A stretch of 35,597 bases of DNA, taken from NCBI GenBank assembly GCA_027084065.1, contig JALWLR010000269.1, positions 1-35,597 on the forward strand. Direction: 5' to 3'. Of the stretch, positions 26,614 through 35,597 are shown piece by piece. The first letter of the stretch is position 1; every line of letters starts with the position of its first letter. The translations under genes and the position numbers were made by a program. Under the pieces are notes generated by a model that had not been told where the DNA came from, made no database searches, and saw only the letters and a program-made list of their open reading frames with translations. This stretch comes from Helicobacteraceae bacterium (GTDB lineage Bacteria > Campylobacterota > Campylobacteria > Campylobacterales > Sulfurimonadaceae).

Positions 26614-28086
26614 CTAAATGAACTTTAAAATTTCCTCTTCAATCTCCTCTTTTTCTATGACCGTATTTTGTACTATAGGCTTTGTAAAGAGTGCTTCTAT
26701 CATCGGTGGTATTGGCAAGCCTGCAACTTTGGAAATAGAACGCAACGCATCGATGTCTCTAGTGTCTACTTCTCCAGTAAGTGCATTGGCAATGACAGGA
26801 GAAAATTTCGTCCACTCCGCCGTAGAGTAGACAATGGACTTTATCCCCTCTTTCGTGCATGTTTCGTAAGACTTGAAGCATGTTGCCGTATGCGGATCCA
26901 TCAGGTATTTCTCTTTTTCGAACGTCTCTTTGATGTAACGTTTTCCTTCCTCATCGTCACACCAGTCTGCATTGAAACACTCTTGAAGTTTCGCAAGTTC
27001 ATCACTAGTAAGTTCATAAAAATGCTCTTTTTCTAAAGACTCCATCAGCTCTTTTGTACGCTTAGCACCAAAAAGATCAAACAAAACACGCTCGACATTC
27101 GAAGATTTCAAAATATCCATAGCAGGTGACGTTGTCGGGATGACACGGTTGTTTCTAAGATCGTAACGCCCCTCTTTGATAAGCTGAGTCAAGATATTGT
27201 TCTTGTTTGAAGAGATGATGATCTTCTCAACCGGAAGCCCCATTTTCCATGCGTAGTAACCACCAAGAGCGTTACCGAAATTTCCGCTTGGAACGTTGAG
27301 ATAGACCTTCTCACCCATTGCAACAGCACCTTTACGGACAAGTTCAAGGTAACTGTGAATATGGTAGATAATTTGAAAAATAATCCGTCCGAAATTGACC
27401 GAGTTCGCAGCTGAAAGCTTTGTCTCTTTTTCTTTGAGTGCCTCTTTGAAACGATTCGAAGCAAGAAGACGCTTCAGTGCCGTTTGTGCATCGTCAAACA
27501 CCCCTTTAATGCCTATGACTTTCAGGTTTTTCCCATCTTCCGTGACCATTTGCAAGCGCTGTACGTCACTTGTACCACCCTCAGGGTACATACATGCAAC
27601 TTTTACATTCGCTCTGTCTTTAAATGTCTCAAGAGCTGCTGGACCTGTATCTCCACTTGTTGCTGCCAAAATAAGGTAATTTTCTCCCCTTTTTTGTGCA
27701 ATATCTGAAAGAATCGCCCCAAAAGGCTGTAGCGCCATATCTTTAAAAGCTCTTGTTGGACCGTGGTAGAGCTCACTTACATAGAGATCCTCTTTGACTT
27801 TGACAACCGGAACAGGATTGTTTGGGTCGTCAAAACGATCATACAAATCGATAGCCTCACGAAGAACCTCTTTGTCTATATCTATCTCGAAACGATCCAG
27901 CATATCCAAAGCCATTGTTTTATAATCGCTTTTGAGATGTTTTTCCAAAAAATCTCTGCCGAGTGTAGGAAAAGTTTCTGGAACGTACAAACCGCCATAA
28001 GAGGCTATAGGATCCAAAATAGCCTCAGAAAAGCTTACTTTCTCTTTTTTGTTCGCATCTTCGCCACGTGTCTGAATAAACTGCAT
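26614..28086 (-). CDS. thrC: Threonine synthase (long form)
   Basis: PLP-lysine motif HGPTRAFKDMALQ and ATSGDTGPAA. Confidence 0.95.
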   Translation of the reverse strand: MQFIQTRGEDANKKEKVSFSEAILDPIASYGGLYVPETFPTLGRDFLEKHLKSDYKTMALDMLDRFEIDIDKEVLREAIDLYDRFDDPNNPVPVVKVKEDLYVSELYHGPTRAFKDMALQPFGAILSDIAQKRGENYLILAATSGDTGPAALETFKDRANVKVACMYPEGGTSDVQRLQMVTEDGKNLKVIGIKGVFDDAQTALKRLLASNRFKEALKEKETKLSAANSVNFGRIIFQIIYHIHSYLELVRKGAVAMGEKVYLNVPSGNFGNALGGYYAWKMGLPVEKIIISSNKNNILTQLIKEGRYDLRNNRVIPTTSPAMDILKSSNVERVLFDLFGAKRTKELMESLEKEHFYELTSDELAKLQECFNADWCDDEEGKRYIKETFEKEKYLMDPHTATCFKSYETCTKEGIKSIVYSTAEWTKFSPVIANALTGEVDTRDIDALRSISKVAGLPIPPMIEALFTKPIVQNTVIEKEEIEEEILKFI

Positions 28087-28120
28087 GTAGTATCCTAATT
28101 CATTATATTTTCGAAGCGAA

Positions 28121-28126
28121 ATTATA
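28121..28126 (-). promoter_or_regulatory. Candidate -10 hexamer (TATAAT on minus strand) for thrC
   Basis: Plus-strand attata at 28121-28126, ~35 nt upstream of the thrC ATG at 28086. Confidence 0.3.
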
Positions 28127-28167
28127 GCTGATTTTTGTCAATACGGGGTGCTTGGGCGAAGAAGCCC

Positions 28168-30168
28168 TTAGCGAGTTTTGAAAGTGTTGAGCTGAGTTTG
28201 CAGCTGGCGTGCCTTTTGATTGAGCTCCATCGCTGAAGTGACGATATACTCTACATGACGAGTGTTTTCCGCTGAAAGGTCATTGATGTTTCGTATTTGC
28301 GAGACAATGGCATCGACATTCTCTCCCGTTTGCTCAAAACTTTGGATCGTCTTTTCATTTATGCCTACAGCTACATTGACAATCTGCACACTCTCTTTTA
28401 TTTTCTTCTCGACATTTACTGAAAGTTCAGAGAGCTGTTGGATTTCACTTGAGTTTTGACTCATTGTACCCGATGCATCTACAATGGACTGCACAATGAC
28501 ATTGATGGTGGAGTTGATTTCAACAAGGGACTTTTGCGTTCTCTCTGCAAGCTTTCGAACCTCATCAGCGACAACGGCAAAACCTCTACCGTGCTCGCCT
28601 GCACGGGCGGCTTCGATTGCGGCGTTCAAAGCAAGAAGGTTTGTCTGATCGGCAATGTCGGCAATGACATTGAGCACCTCTTTAACCTGTGTCGCTTCGC
28701 TTGAGAGTGTTTGCATCTTTTGTGAAAGTTCCGCTTCAAGTTCGGCACTGTGCTGTACCTCTTGCGCTAGCTTAATAACATCACCGCTTGCTTCATCGAG
28801 TATCTCTTTTGCTTTGAGTACATCCTCTTTCGATGTCGTCGCTTCTGCAACAGAAGCATCAATGTTGAGTTTGATCTCGTTTGCCTGCTTGACGGCATCG
28901 TTAATAATCTCTGTTGAGTGTTCGACACTTTTACCTACATCTTCTGCAGCATCGGCAAGATTGTCGGCGATTTGAAGATTCTCTTGTGAGGAGCTTTTTG
29001 CTTCTCGAACAAGCAGCTCGAAATTGTCTATGAGTTCGTTGAGATTACGAACAATCTCTCCTAGTTCATCTTTTGTCTCGACATCACTTCTAAGCGTCAA
29101 ATCATTTGTAGAAGAGAGCTTTTTCATAAATCTACTCAACGCTTCTACAACCTCAGAAACACTCTTTTGTACAAAATAGCCTATGATGATGACAAAAATT
29201 ATAATGATGATATTAATAGCAAGCAATTTTACAAGTGAGTTGTTTGACTCTTCAATAGAAGCCTCAATCATTTCATTCAAATTTTGCGTTATTTGATTTT
29301 CGATCTCTTTTAAACCGTTGATATATTCTGTTGCCACATCGAAGAAACTATTTGCTTCATAAACAAAATCTTCACTTTGTTTCGCTTTGAGTATAGATGC
29401 AAGCATTGTCTCGAGTTTATGTGTGGATTCCCTATTTTGTAGCGCTGCAAACGCTTTTAAAACGCTTGAATCGGCAAATGTTTTGAAATCTTTAAAGTAA
29501 GCTTTTTGCTGTGCGACCAATGAAGCGAGTTTGACCTTCTCTGCATCATTTATAGCTTTACATGCACAAGCACCGCTTCCACCTGCACGAATCAAGCCCG
29601 CTTTCTCTTTTGCTCGTAAAAAGGAGACAAATGCCCCACTCTCTCTGACCAAATCGTCATCTTGCAATACACGAACAATCTCCCCAATATCATCGATAAG
29701 GCTTGTATTGATTTTCGTATAGAACATAACTGCCGTTTTTTTATCTACTGCTAATTTCTCTATACGTTCACGCATTCCCTCCAAAGAAGAAAGGATTTGC
29801 ATGTCCTTTTTTATCTCTTCTAAGAAAGTAAGTGTATCATCCTCTGAAAACTCTACATTTTGCAAATAGGTTTGCAGCTTTTTCAAAGCTTCATTTGAGC
29901 TTCTTTTTTGCATTGCTAGTCTATTTTTGAACTTTTGCCCCATAGAGCTAAGATACCCGGCACTCATACCTCGCTCTTTTTGCAGCTCATGCACTAAAGC
30001 GGATACTCGAACAGCCACACCTATATATGTACGCTCTTTTTTAGCTTGCTTGAGTTCTGTGTACTCTTTGTAACTGTCCATCCCTACCTGATAGGAAAGT
30101 GCCAATGTCGCAATGATGACAAGAAGACTCAGCTTCAGTTTTATGCTCATGTCGGAAAGAAATTTCAC
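28168..30168 (-). CDS. Methyl-accepting chemotaxis protein with periplasmic NIT (nitrate/nitrite-sensing) domain, HAMP and MA domains
   Basis: The region between TM1 and TM2 contains [19 protein letters not shown] (NIT hallmark). HAMP follows TM2. The signalling hairpin reads [43 protein letters not shown] start with AAAGGG SD; the alternative ATG is at 30150. Confidence 0.92.
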   Translation of the reverse strand: MKFLSDMSIKLKLSLLVIIATLALSYQVGMDSYKEYTELKQAKKERTYIGVAVRVSALVHELQKERGMSAGYLSSMGQKFKNRLAMQKRSSNEALKKLQTYLQNVEFSEDDTLTFLEEIKKDMQILSSLEGMRERIEKLAVDKKTAVMFYTKINTSLIDDIGEIVRVLQDDDLVRESGAFVSFLRAKEKAGLIRAGGSGACACKAINDAEKVKLASLVAQQKAYFKDFKTFADSSVLKAFAALQNRESTHKLETMLASILKAKQSEDFVYEANSFFDVATEYINGLKEIENQITQNLNEMIEASIEESNNSLVKLLAINIIIIIFVIIIGYFVQKSVSEVVEALSRFMKKLSSTNDLTLRSDVETKDELGEIVRNLNELIDNFELLVREAKSSSQENLQIADNLADAAEDVGKSVEHSTEIINDAVKQANEIKLNIDASVAEATTSKEDVLKAKEILDEASGDVIKLAQEVQHSAELEAELSQKMQTLSSEATQVKEVLNVIADIADQTNLLALNAAIEAARAGEHGRGFAVVADEVRKLAERTQKSLVEINSTINVIVQSIVDASGTMSQNSSEIQQLSELSVNVEKKIKESVQIVNVAVGINEKTIQSFEQTGENVDAIVSQIRNINDLSAENTRHVEYIVTSAMELNQKARQLQTQLNTFKTR

Positions 30169-30201
30169 GGTAACCCTTTTCTCTGATGATTTAAAGAGAA
30201 A

Positions 30202-30210
30202 ATTATAGCA
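30202..30210 (-). promoter_or_regulatory. Extended -10 promoter element (TGCTATAAT on minus strand) for the NIT-MCP gene
   Basis: Plus-strand attatagca at 30202-30210 reads TGCTATAAT on the minus strand, ~34 nt upstream of the GTG start. Confidence 0.4.
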
Positions 30211-30240
30211 AAAATCATTGTTGTTTTATATTGAAACAAT

Positions 30241-30270
30241 AATAATATTTTTCTTAAGAAAAATATTATT
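30241..30270. repeat. 30-nt perfect AT-rich palindrome AATAATATTTTTCTTAAGAAAAATATTATT overlapping the envC-like stop codon; a second hairpin lies at 30221-30239
   Basis: Exact self-complementarity was checked base by base. The adjacent TTGTTT-TATATTG-AAACAA stem-loop sits immediately beside it. Position fits an operon-end terminator or insulator upstream of the MCP promoter. Confidence 0.85.
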
Positions 30271-31501
30271 GATTTTTAAAGAGCTCAACAGGATTTAAAT
30301 GATAGCTTTTTTGTGTCGCTTCAAATACGAGCTCTTTATCGACGCGACCTATCGTATAGCCTTTTTTAATGCGCTTGCCTTTTTTAATCGTCGGCGCGAT
30401 TTTTGAGAGGTTTGCATATATCGTATGGATGCCGTTTTTATGCTCGACAATAACGACATTGTCAAGCATTGCCGTTTTGTCTGCATAAATGACTTTACCG
30501 TTTAATATATTTCTAACAATTGCATTGCGGCGTTTTGGTTTCATCGAAATGGACTCATTGAAGACTTTTATACCGTAAATAGGGTCTTTGTAAGTGCCAT
30601 AACGTTTGGTTATGGTATATGCTTTAAGTGGTGCGATCGTTTTACGCCCTCTGTAGCGTTTTGTTTTTATACTTTGGTAACTCTGACCGTACTGTTTGAC
30701 TTTAGGAAGATTCTTCGACGAGATGCTTGCAGTTGCATTGAAGGCCTTTTGGCGTGCTTGCTGTTCCTTTTTTCTTCGCGCTTCATCGATTTTTATAATA
30801 TTGAGTTTCGAAAGCACTCGTTTAAGTTCGTCTTGTTTTTTCAAAAGACGCTTAAGAGCCTTTTTGTAAGAGGCTTTAGCTACTTTGAGCCTTTTTAGAT
30901 CCTCTTTATTCTTTTTTTGCACGGTAAGCAGCCTCTTGCGCTTGGCATCTATGGAGCGGATCGATGCCTGCAAACGGCGTGACTGTGAAGAAAGCTCTGC
31001 AATCTCCTCTTTAGTGCGCAAAAACTTTTTGTTAAGTTCTTTGATACGCTCTTTATAGTTTTTGAGCTTGGCTTTTAAAATCTCCAGCTCTATGACCGAA
31101 TCAGGTGTTTTGGCATAGGCATCGTCAAGTAAAATAGATAGTGAAACACTTTTTGCGATGGAAAACGCTAACTTTTGCTCAAGTTCATCCGATTGTTTAC
31201 GAAGCTGATTCTCTTTTTCAAGCAGTTGACTCAACTGCTTTTTACCGACATCATAACTTTTAGATTTCTCCGCAAGCTCCTTTTCAAGCTGCTCTATGAG
31301 CTTTTGCTGCTTTTTGATCTCTCTTTTTTGTCGGATAATCTCTTCGGCGGTTTGTGCCATTTTTTTATTGAGACGTTTGTAGTTTTTTGAAAAAGTATGC
31401 AGTGTCTGAGAGGTCTTTTTTATTTTTCTCTCTACACTGCTGGCAGCATGAAGAGAAACAGTAAGCACAACTACAAAAAAGAGTGAAAAAAATCGCATCA
31501 C
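30266..31501 (-). CDS. EnvC-like murein hydrolase activator: signal peptide, long coiled coil, degenerate LytM (M23) domain
   Basis: ~250 aa of Lys/Glu/Gln heptad-rich sequence. The C-terminal M23-like fold reads VVIVEHKNGIHTIYANL. By-eye alignment puts FNESISM where HxxxD is expected and ELVFE where HLHFE is expected. Confidence 0.8.
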   Translation of the reverse strand: MMRFFSLFFVVVLTVSLHAASSVERKIKKTSQTLHTFSKNYKRLNKKMAQTAEEIIRQKREIKKQQKLIEQLEKELAEKSKSYDVGKKQLSQLLEKENQLRKQSDELEQKLAFSIAKSVSLSILLDDAYAKTPDSVIELEILKAKLKNYKERIKELNKKFLRTKEEIAELSSQSRRLQASIRSIDAKRKRLLTVQKKNKEDLKRLKVAKASYKKALKRLLKKQDELKRVLSKLNIIKIDEARRKKEQQARQKAFNATASISSKNLPKVKQYGQSYQSIKTKRYRGRKTIAPLKAYTITKRYGTYKDPIYGIKVFNESISMKPKRRNAIVRNILNGKVIYADKTAMLDNVVIVEHKNGIHTIYANLSKIAPTIKKGKRIKKGYTIGRVDKELVFEATQKSYHLNPVELFKNQ

Positions 31502-32310
31502 ACCTCTTCTTTATGGGTAAAAACTATCGTACTTGCAAGTATAAGCGACAAAAAGAGTGCCGCAAAGAAAAGCAGCGGAAAATCTTTGAAAACATCGAAA
31601 ATAACAATCTTTATACCGATGGCATCCAGTTTTGAAAGCAGCCACCTGCTATTTGCAATGAAACCAAAAAGAATCATGACCAATATCGAAGAGATAACGG
31701 CATCGACGATGGCAAGTCGAAAAAGTACGGCAGAACTTAACCACTTCGGAGCACCGAAGAGTCCCATAATGTTCATTCGCTCTTTATGCTTGTATTGCCA
31801 GATACGTAGCTCTTTGCTTATAAGCAGGAGTGTAATGACAAAAACCACCAAGCTAAAGACAGTTACGACACTCTTAAACAGAAGTAGCAGTTTGTAGGTA
31901 AGATCATGGCTCTCTTTGAAATCCTCCACACTCTTTATCCCCTCTATTGCATGGAGACTCTTTTTAAGTTTTGTTATCTCCTTTGAAGTCGGATACTTTT
32001 TGAGTGTGATTTTATAAAAATGAGGCAGAGTCGTTAGCAGCAGACGCATATTTTTTTCACTGATATTTTTGTCTATTTTTCTAACGGCGCTCTCAAGCGC
32101 AATCTCCGTAATATTTTCTACATAAGGAAGCCGTTTTTTCAAAGCTGCCAAATCAAGCTTTTTATCGCTCACAACTACGAGCGAATAGTGGCTTTTAAGA
32201 GTCTCCTCATATGCCGCAAGCGCTCTGTCGGTTATGAAAAAAGTCTGAATGGCAAAAAGAATACTTACAAGTGCTACAATAAGGGAGAGATGGTTTTTAA
32301 TTGACTTCAT
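31498..32310 (-). CDS. ftsX: FtsX-like cell-division ABC permease
   Basis: TM1, periplasmic loop and 3 TM topology, ~270 aa. The gene overlaps ftsE (14 nt) and envC-like (4 nt). Confidence 0.8.
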   Translation of the reverse strand: MKSIKNHLSLIVALVSILFAIQTFFITDRALAAYEETLKSHYSLVVVSDKKLDLAALKKRLPYVENITEIALESAVRKIDKNISEKNMRLLLTTLPHFYKITLKKYPTSKEITKLKKSLHAIEGIKSVEDFKESHDLTYKLLLLFKSVVTVFSLVVFVITLLLISKELRIWQYKHKERMNIMGLFGAPKWLSSAVLFRLAIVDAVISSILVMILFGFIANSRWLLSKLDAIGIKIVIFDVFKDFPLLFFAALFLSLILASTIVFTHKEEV

Positions 32311-32968
32311 GCAAATTTCCGTACTCTATATGATAATGCTTATAATCCACATTCAGTGTCTGCGGTATACGGTGTGTAACGACGACAACCGTCGTTTTAA
32401 GCTGCTCATTCGCACCTGCAAGCAAATTCCAAATAAGCTGTGCCGAGTAGTCATCTAGGTTCCCTGTTGGTTCATCCGCCAAAATCATGATGGGATTGTG
32501 TGCCAAAGCCCGTGCCATCGCCACACGCTGCTGCTCTCCACCACTTAACTCCAGCGGATATTTCCCCGATTGATGTTTCAGGCGGACATGCTTCAAAAGC
32601 GTCTCTACCTGTGTCTCCGTTACGCTTTTTTCGTATCCGTTGATTATAAGCGGCAAAGAGATATTTTTATCTATAGTCCATTCATTGATGAGTTTGTAGT
32701 CTTGAAAGACGATGCCTAAGTGCCTGCGAAGCAGATTGAGCTTACTTCTACTCACACCGTTTAGCTCAACCCCTCCTACAATCAAACTCCCCTCAACCGG
32801 CGAAAGCGCTCCAAAAAGTGACTTCAAGAGTGTAGATTTACCGCTACCGCTTGCTCCGGTTATAAAAACGAAACTCCCGCTCTCTATAGAAAAGGAGGCA
32901 CGCTTGATGATCATTTCATCTTTTTCATATGCCAAAGAGAGGTCACTTGCAACAATGACTTTATCCAT
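32297..32968 (-). CDS. ftsE: FtsE-like cell-division ABC ATPase
   Basis: Walker [10 protein letters not shown], signature LSGGEQQRV and Walker [12 protein letters not shown]. Start set at ATG 32968 (MDKVIV...), which overlaps the trmB stop as ATGGATAA. Confidence 0.9.
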   Translation of the reverse strand: MDKVIVASDLSLAYEKDEMIIKRASFSIESGSFVFITGASGSGKSTLLKSLFGALSPVEGSLIVGGVELNGVSRSKLNLLRRHLGIVFQDYKLINEWTIDKNISLPLIINGYEKSVTETQVETLLKHVRLKHQSGKYPLELSGGEQQRVAMARALAHNPIMILADEPTGNLDDYSAQLIWNLLAGANEQLKTTVVVVTHRIPQTLNVDYKHYHIEYGNLHEVN

Positions 32969-34142
32969 TGAGAACCTCTTTGATTTTTGCATGTGCAGCA
33001 AGATTGGCTTTTGATTTCAAAGGCTGTCTTGGAAAGTAGGAGGCTTTAGCGCCATTTGGCAACAAAAGATAAAGATGCTCAGGACGATCGAAACTACCAA
33101 AAGAGAGCTTCAGTAAAAACTCATCTTCTGAAATTTTGTATACCCGCTCGAAATGAACGAAAAAATCCTCTTCTATAAACTTTTTTTTGTGAAGCTGCTT
33201 TACAAACGCTTCATCCACCTCAAACACTTCAAAATCGAAACTACCCTCTATGCTAAGAGGTGGGCTGAGAGTATCGTTGATCATCGTCACATCATAAATA
33301 TTTTTCTGCATGCGCTTCCAACGATCTTCATACTTACTACTGATTGCTATCTCTTTATTTTTTTTGATCTCAAGATCGATTTTTGGAAAACTCATAAAAG
33401 TTTCATACGAGTAGGCATAATAGTTTTCACTGTCTGTTCTAAGCTCCAGTCTGCCCCCTTTTTTCAAAACACGCATTGACTCTTCGACAAACGTTTTGGA
33501 TATAACGCGCCTGTGTGGCTTCTTATCCCAGGGAACTGGAAAATGGACATAGATTTTTCCTACGATGTTGGAGGGAACCTGCTCCAAAAACAGACGCGCA
33601 TCATAGTCAATAACAAAGATGTTTTTCAAACCCTTGATATTGATCTGCTTGAGTACCTGCTCGATGGAAGGGCGGTGTATCTCCAAGCCTATAAATAAAA
33701 TGTCAGGGTTGTGTTCCGCCTGATAAAGCAGATGCCGCCCTGAACCAAAGCCCACCTCTATGTGTACCTCTTTATCCATTGGGAAAGAGGAGGCAAAAAA
33801 CTCTATCTCTTTGAGTGCCGGCGTCTTTTTAAGATGCGGATTATTCTTTTGTTCAGGAACATTGGAGTGTAGCACTTTCAAATTTGCCACTTTTGCATAG
33901 GCAGATAGCGCCCTGTGCAGTAAAAAAATGGATGCTGGACGTGTTGTTTTGTCACTTTTTAAGAGAACTTTGCCATGATCTTGCTTGAGAACCAAGAAAA
34001 ATTCATGCCCCTCCTCATCTTTTACCGCTATTAACTTTTCTCCCTCTACATGCAGGTTTGATGCCAAAAAACGAAACTGCAATCCCTCACTCTCTCTTGG
34101 GAGTGCTATCTCTTTGAATTTTTCTATAACTAAATGAGGCAT
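32961..34142 (-). CDS. trmB: tRNA (guanine46-N7)-methyltransferase with N- and C-terminal extensions (long epsilonproteobacterial form)
   Basis: Core motifs HIEVGFGSGRHLL, VHFPVPWDKKPHRRV, LRTDSENYY and SKYEDRWKRM span about residues 120-290 of 393. Confidence 0.88.
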   Translation of the reverse strand: MPHLVIEKFKEIALPRESEGLQFRFLASNLHVEGEKLIAVKDEEGHEFFLVLKQDHGKVLLKSDKTTRPASIFLLHRALSAYAKVANLKVLHSNVPEQKNNPHLKKTPALKEIEFFASSFPMDKEVHIEVGFGSGRHLLYQAEHNPDILFIGLEIHRPSIEQVLKQINIKGLKNIFVIDYDARLFLEQVPSNIVGKIYVHFPVPWDKKPHRRVISKTFVEESMRVLKKGGRLELRTDSENYYAYSYETFMSFPKIDLEIKKNKEIAISSKYEDRWKRMQKNIYDVTMINDTLSPPLSIEGSFDFEVFEVDEAFVKQLHKKKFIEEDFFVHFERVYKISEDEFLLKLSFGSFDRPEHLYLLLPNGAKASYFPRQPLKSKANLAAHAKIKEVLNG

Positions 34143-35515
34143 TATTCACTTTCCACGTTTAAATCATCCACCGGTGCTACCTCGGTTTTGGGTGTTTGAA
34201 GCGACTTTTTTGTCGTTTTTATCTCTTTAGCAGCGCTGTTGGTTTTTGGAAGCGCCATTCCACGTAACTCTTTGACTTCGATACTCACTTCCTTGGATGG
34301 CTCGGAGATTATACCGAATTTGTCCACTGCATAAACACGGTAACTATAGCGGGTGTTTGGAGTTATATTTGTGTCGGTAAACTCTCTTTTTTTTGTAGTG
34401 AACCTCTCTTTTTTTACATCGAACCACCCTGTTTTCGCATGACGTTCCACAATGTAACTGACACTTCTTGGATCTACTTTGAACCACTGTAAATGAATCG
34501 CTCTGCCGTCGAATTTTGTTTCAGAGAGTGTCGGTGCATCAGGCTTTGGCAGCGTCATGCCCATGGCAACATAACGATCCTTTTTCGACTCCAAACCATC
34601 TATGTCTTTTTGTGAAACTTTGTAGAAGTAGGTTGCTCCATCTTTCCCTATATTGTCAGTAAAACGGTTGTTGTATAACTTGGCGATAAGCTCATAATCT
34701 CCCTCTTTGCGTTTGGAGCGGTAAAGATAGTAACGCTCGAAATCTTTGTAGTTACTTTTATTCCATGTGATATAGATCTTTTTAGGAAGATTCGTCGTGG
34801 CATGCAGCCCCGTAATCTCCGGAGGAAGCGGCTTTGTCACGACGGTAACGATTTCACTTGGCGTAGAGAGTATTCCTTCAAATGTCTTAACGCGCACACG
34901 ATATTTATAAGTGTGCTTGTCTTTGAGTCCTTCATCGATATACTCCGCCTGCAGGCGTCCTCGTCGTTTGCCTATCTCTTGCCACTCTTTCTCTTCTATA
35001 CTTTTTCGCTCTATGATGTAGGATTTGACACTCTTATCACTATGTGGTCTCCACAAAAGTTTCGCCATACGTGGCAATCCGTTTCGTGCATATATCCATG
35101 AAACAGAAGGTAACGGTGGCTTGGAGTAAACGACAATCTTTTTACTTTTTGCCGAAACGACATCGTCGCGGTAGGTACGCAAAACATAAGTATACTTCGT
35201 GTCCGGCTGCACATCAAGGTCTACAAAATGTGTCGCGTATCTGTTTGAGAGGGTTGCAATGAGATAGGTCGCATTCGAATCTCCCTTGCTACGGTAGATT
35301 TTAATCCCCTCGACATTCAAGTCCGTTATAGGCTTCCACTCAAACGCTATTTCGGTCATATCGACAATTATACCGTTTTTCGTAAGTACAACAACCGGCA
35401 GCTTTTCATCTACCTTGTAATTTTGCCCTACCGGTGTGGGAATAGAGCCATTACAGCCGCTAAAGCTCAGCAGTATCGAACTTATGAGCAATATGCTCAG
35501 GTAAAATCGTTTCAT
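34142..35515 (-). CDS. Fibronectin type III repeat lipoprotein (FlpA-like)
   Basis: Lipobox LSFSGC. Four Fn3-like units, each with a W...Y.Y.V tyrosine-corner pattern (YTYVLRTY, YKYRVRVKT, YFYKVSQKD, YSYRVYAVD). The position upstream of trmB-ftsEX matches C. jejuni flpA as recalled. Confidence 0.8.
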   Translation of the reverse strand: MKRFYLSILLISSILLSFSGCNGSIPTPVGQNYKVDEKLPVVVLTKNGIIVDMTEIAFEWKPITDLNVEGIKIYRSKGDSNATYLIATLSNRYATHFVDLDVQPDTKYTYVLRTYRDDVVSAKSKKIVVYSKPPLPSVSWIYARNGLPRMAKLLWRPHSDKSVKSYIIERKSIEEKEWQEIGKRRGRLQAEYIDEGLKDKHTYKYRVRVKTFEGILSTPSEIVTVVTKPLPPEITGLHATTNLPKKIYITWNKSNYKDFERYYLYRSKRKEGDYELIAKLYNNRFTDNIGKDGATYFYKVSQKDIDGLESKKDRYVAMGMTLPKPDAPTLSETKFDGRAIHLQWFKVDPRSVSYIVERHAKTGWFDVKKERFTTKKREFTDTNITPNTRYSYRVYAVDKFGIISEPSKEVSIEVKELRGMALPKTNSAAKEIKTTKKSLQTPKTEVAPVDDLNVESE

Positions 35516-35597
35516 TTACTCTCTCCATATCGAATTTCTTTTCCAGATAATTTTTAAACACGTCGTCATATTTTGCACTAAACTGCATGGCTTGACC

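Noticed and set aside
28121-28140. TTGACA ... TATAAT pair on the minus strand upstream of thrC, which looked like a perfect sigma-70 promoter.
   Set aside because: The spacer is only 9 nt (TTGACA-AAAATCAGC-TATAAT), incompatible with a canonical -35/-10 pair. Only the -10 is retained, at low confidence.
28154-28167. GGGC-N6-GCCC hairpin right after the MCP stop, as a possible terminator.
   Set aside because: The stem is only 4 bp and no U-tract follows on the minus strand, which is too weak to call.
35516-35597. Possible 3' end of another minus-strand gene upstream of the Fn3 lipoprotein. One frame reads ...QFSAKYDDVFKNYLEKKFDMERV.
   Set aside because: Only 82 nt are in the window. Two frames stay open (one ends at TAA 35516, the other runs ~55 nt into the lipoprotein gene). 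No family can be assigned, so it is not reported as a feature.

Overview
AT-rich, densely coding chromosomal window from a member of the Campylobacterota (Epsilonproteobacteria). This assignment rests on the 16S 5' end at the left edge and on gene order. From memory, the order matches the C. jejuni Cj0059c-Cj0069 and Cj1275c-Cj1279c neighbourhoods; the genus cannot be fixed by eye (a Sulfurospirillum-like organism is a guess). Contents, left to right: (1) the 5' ~350 nt of a 16S rRNA gene on the minus strand, with its leader and promoter region. (2) A compact cluster of an outer-membrane beta-barrel protein, a secreted FMN_bind protein with an ApbE-type flavinylation motif, two small 4-TM proteins and a convergent ApbE flavin transferase. 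(3) A DUF2892 protein, a Crp/Fnr regulator, a HIT protein, an MltC-like lytic transglycosylase, OsmC-like protein, ArgH and a MORN-repeat protein. (4) A monocistronic 793-aa heptaheme c-type cytochrome with a ~300-aa heme-free N-terminal domain. (5) acpS-xseA-FmdE-like, sppA and an amidohydrolase. (6) A long same-strand array: aroQ-folK-flhF-flhG-(small membrane ORF)-fliA-fliM-fliY-LOG-mnmA. (7) An LtaS-like sulfatase-family protein, thrC and a NIT-domain chemoreceptor. (8) An Fn3-lipoprotein-trmB-ftsE-ftsX-envC-like operon. I found no CRISPR array, transposase, integrase, phage gene or recognisable defence or toxin-antitoxin module, so most of the window looks like core genome. The two items most worth follow-up are the porin/FMN_bind/2xTM/ApbE cluster and the orphan heptaheme cytochrome. 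The cluster is a candidate flavin-based extracytosolic electron-transfer module. Its parts list parallels the Listeria FmnB/PplA/EetAB system, with an outer-membrane barrel added. Novelty of either item cannot be established without database searches. Several small regulatory structures (dyads, an SD-sequestering hairpin with an internal promoter, palindromes) are also reported, at low confidence.
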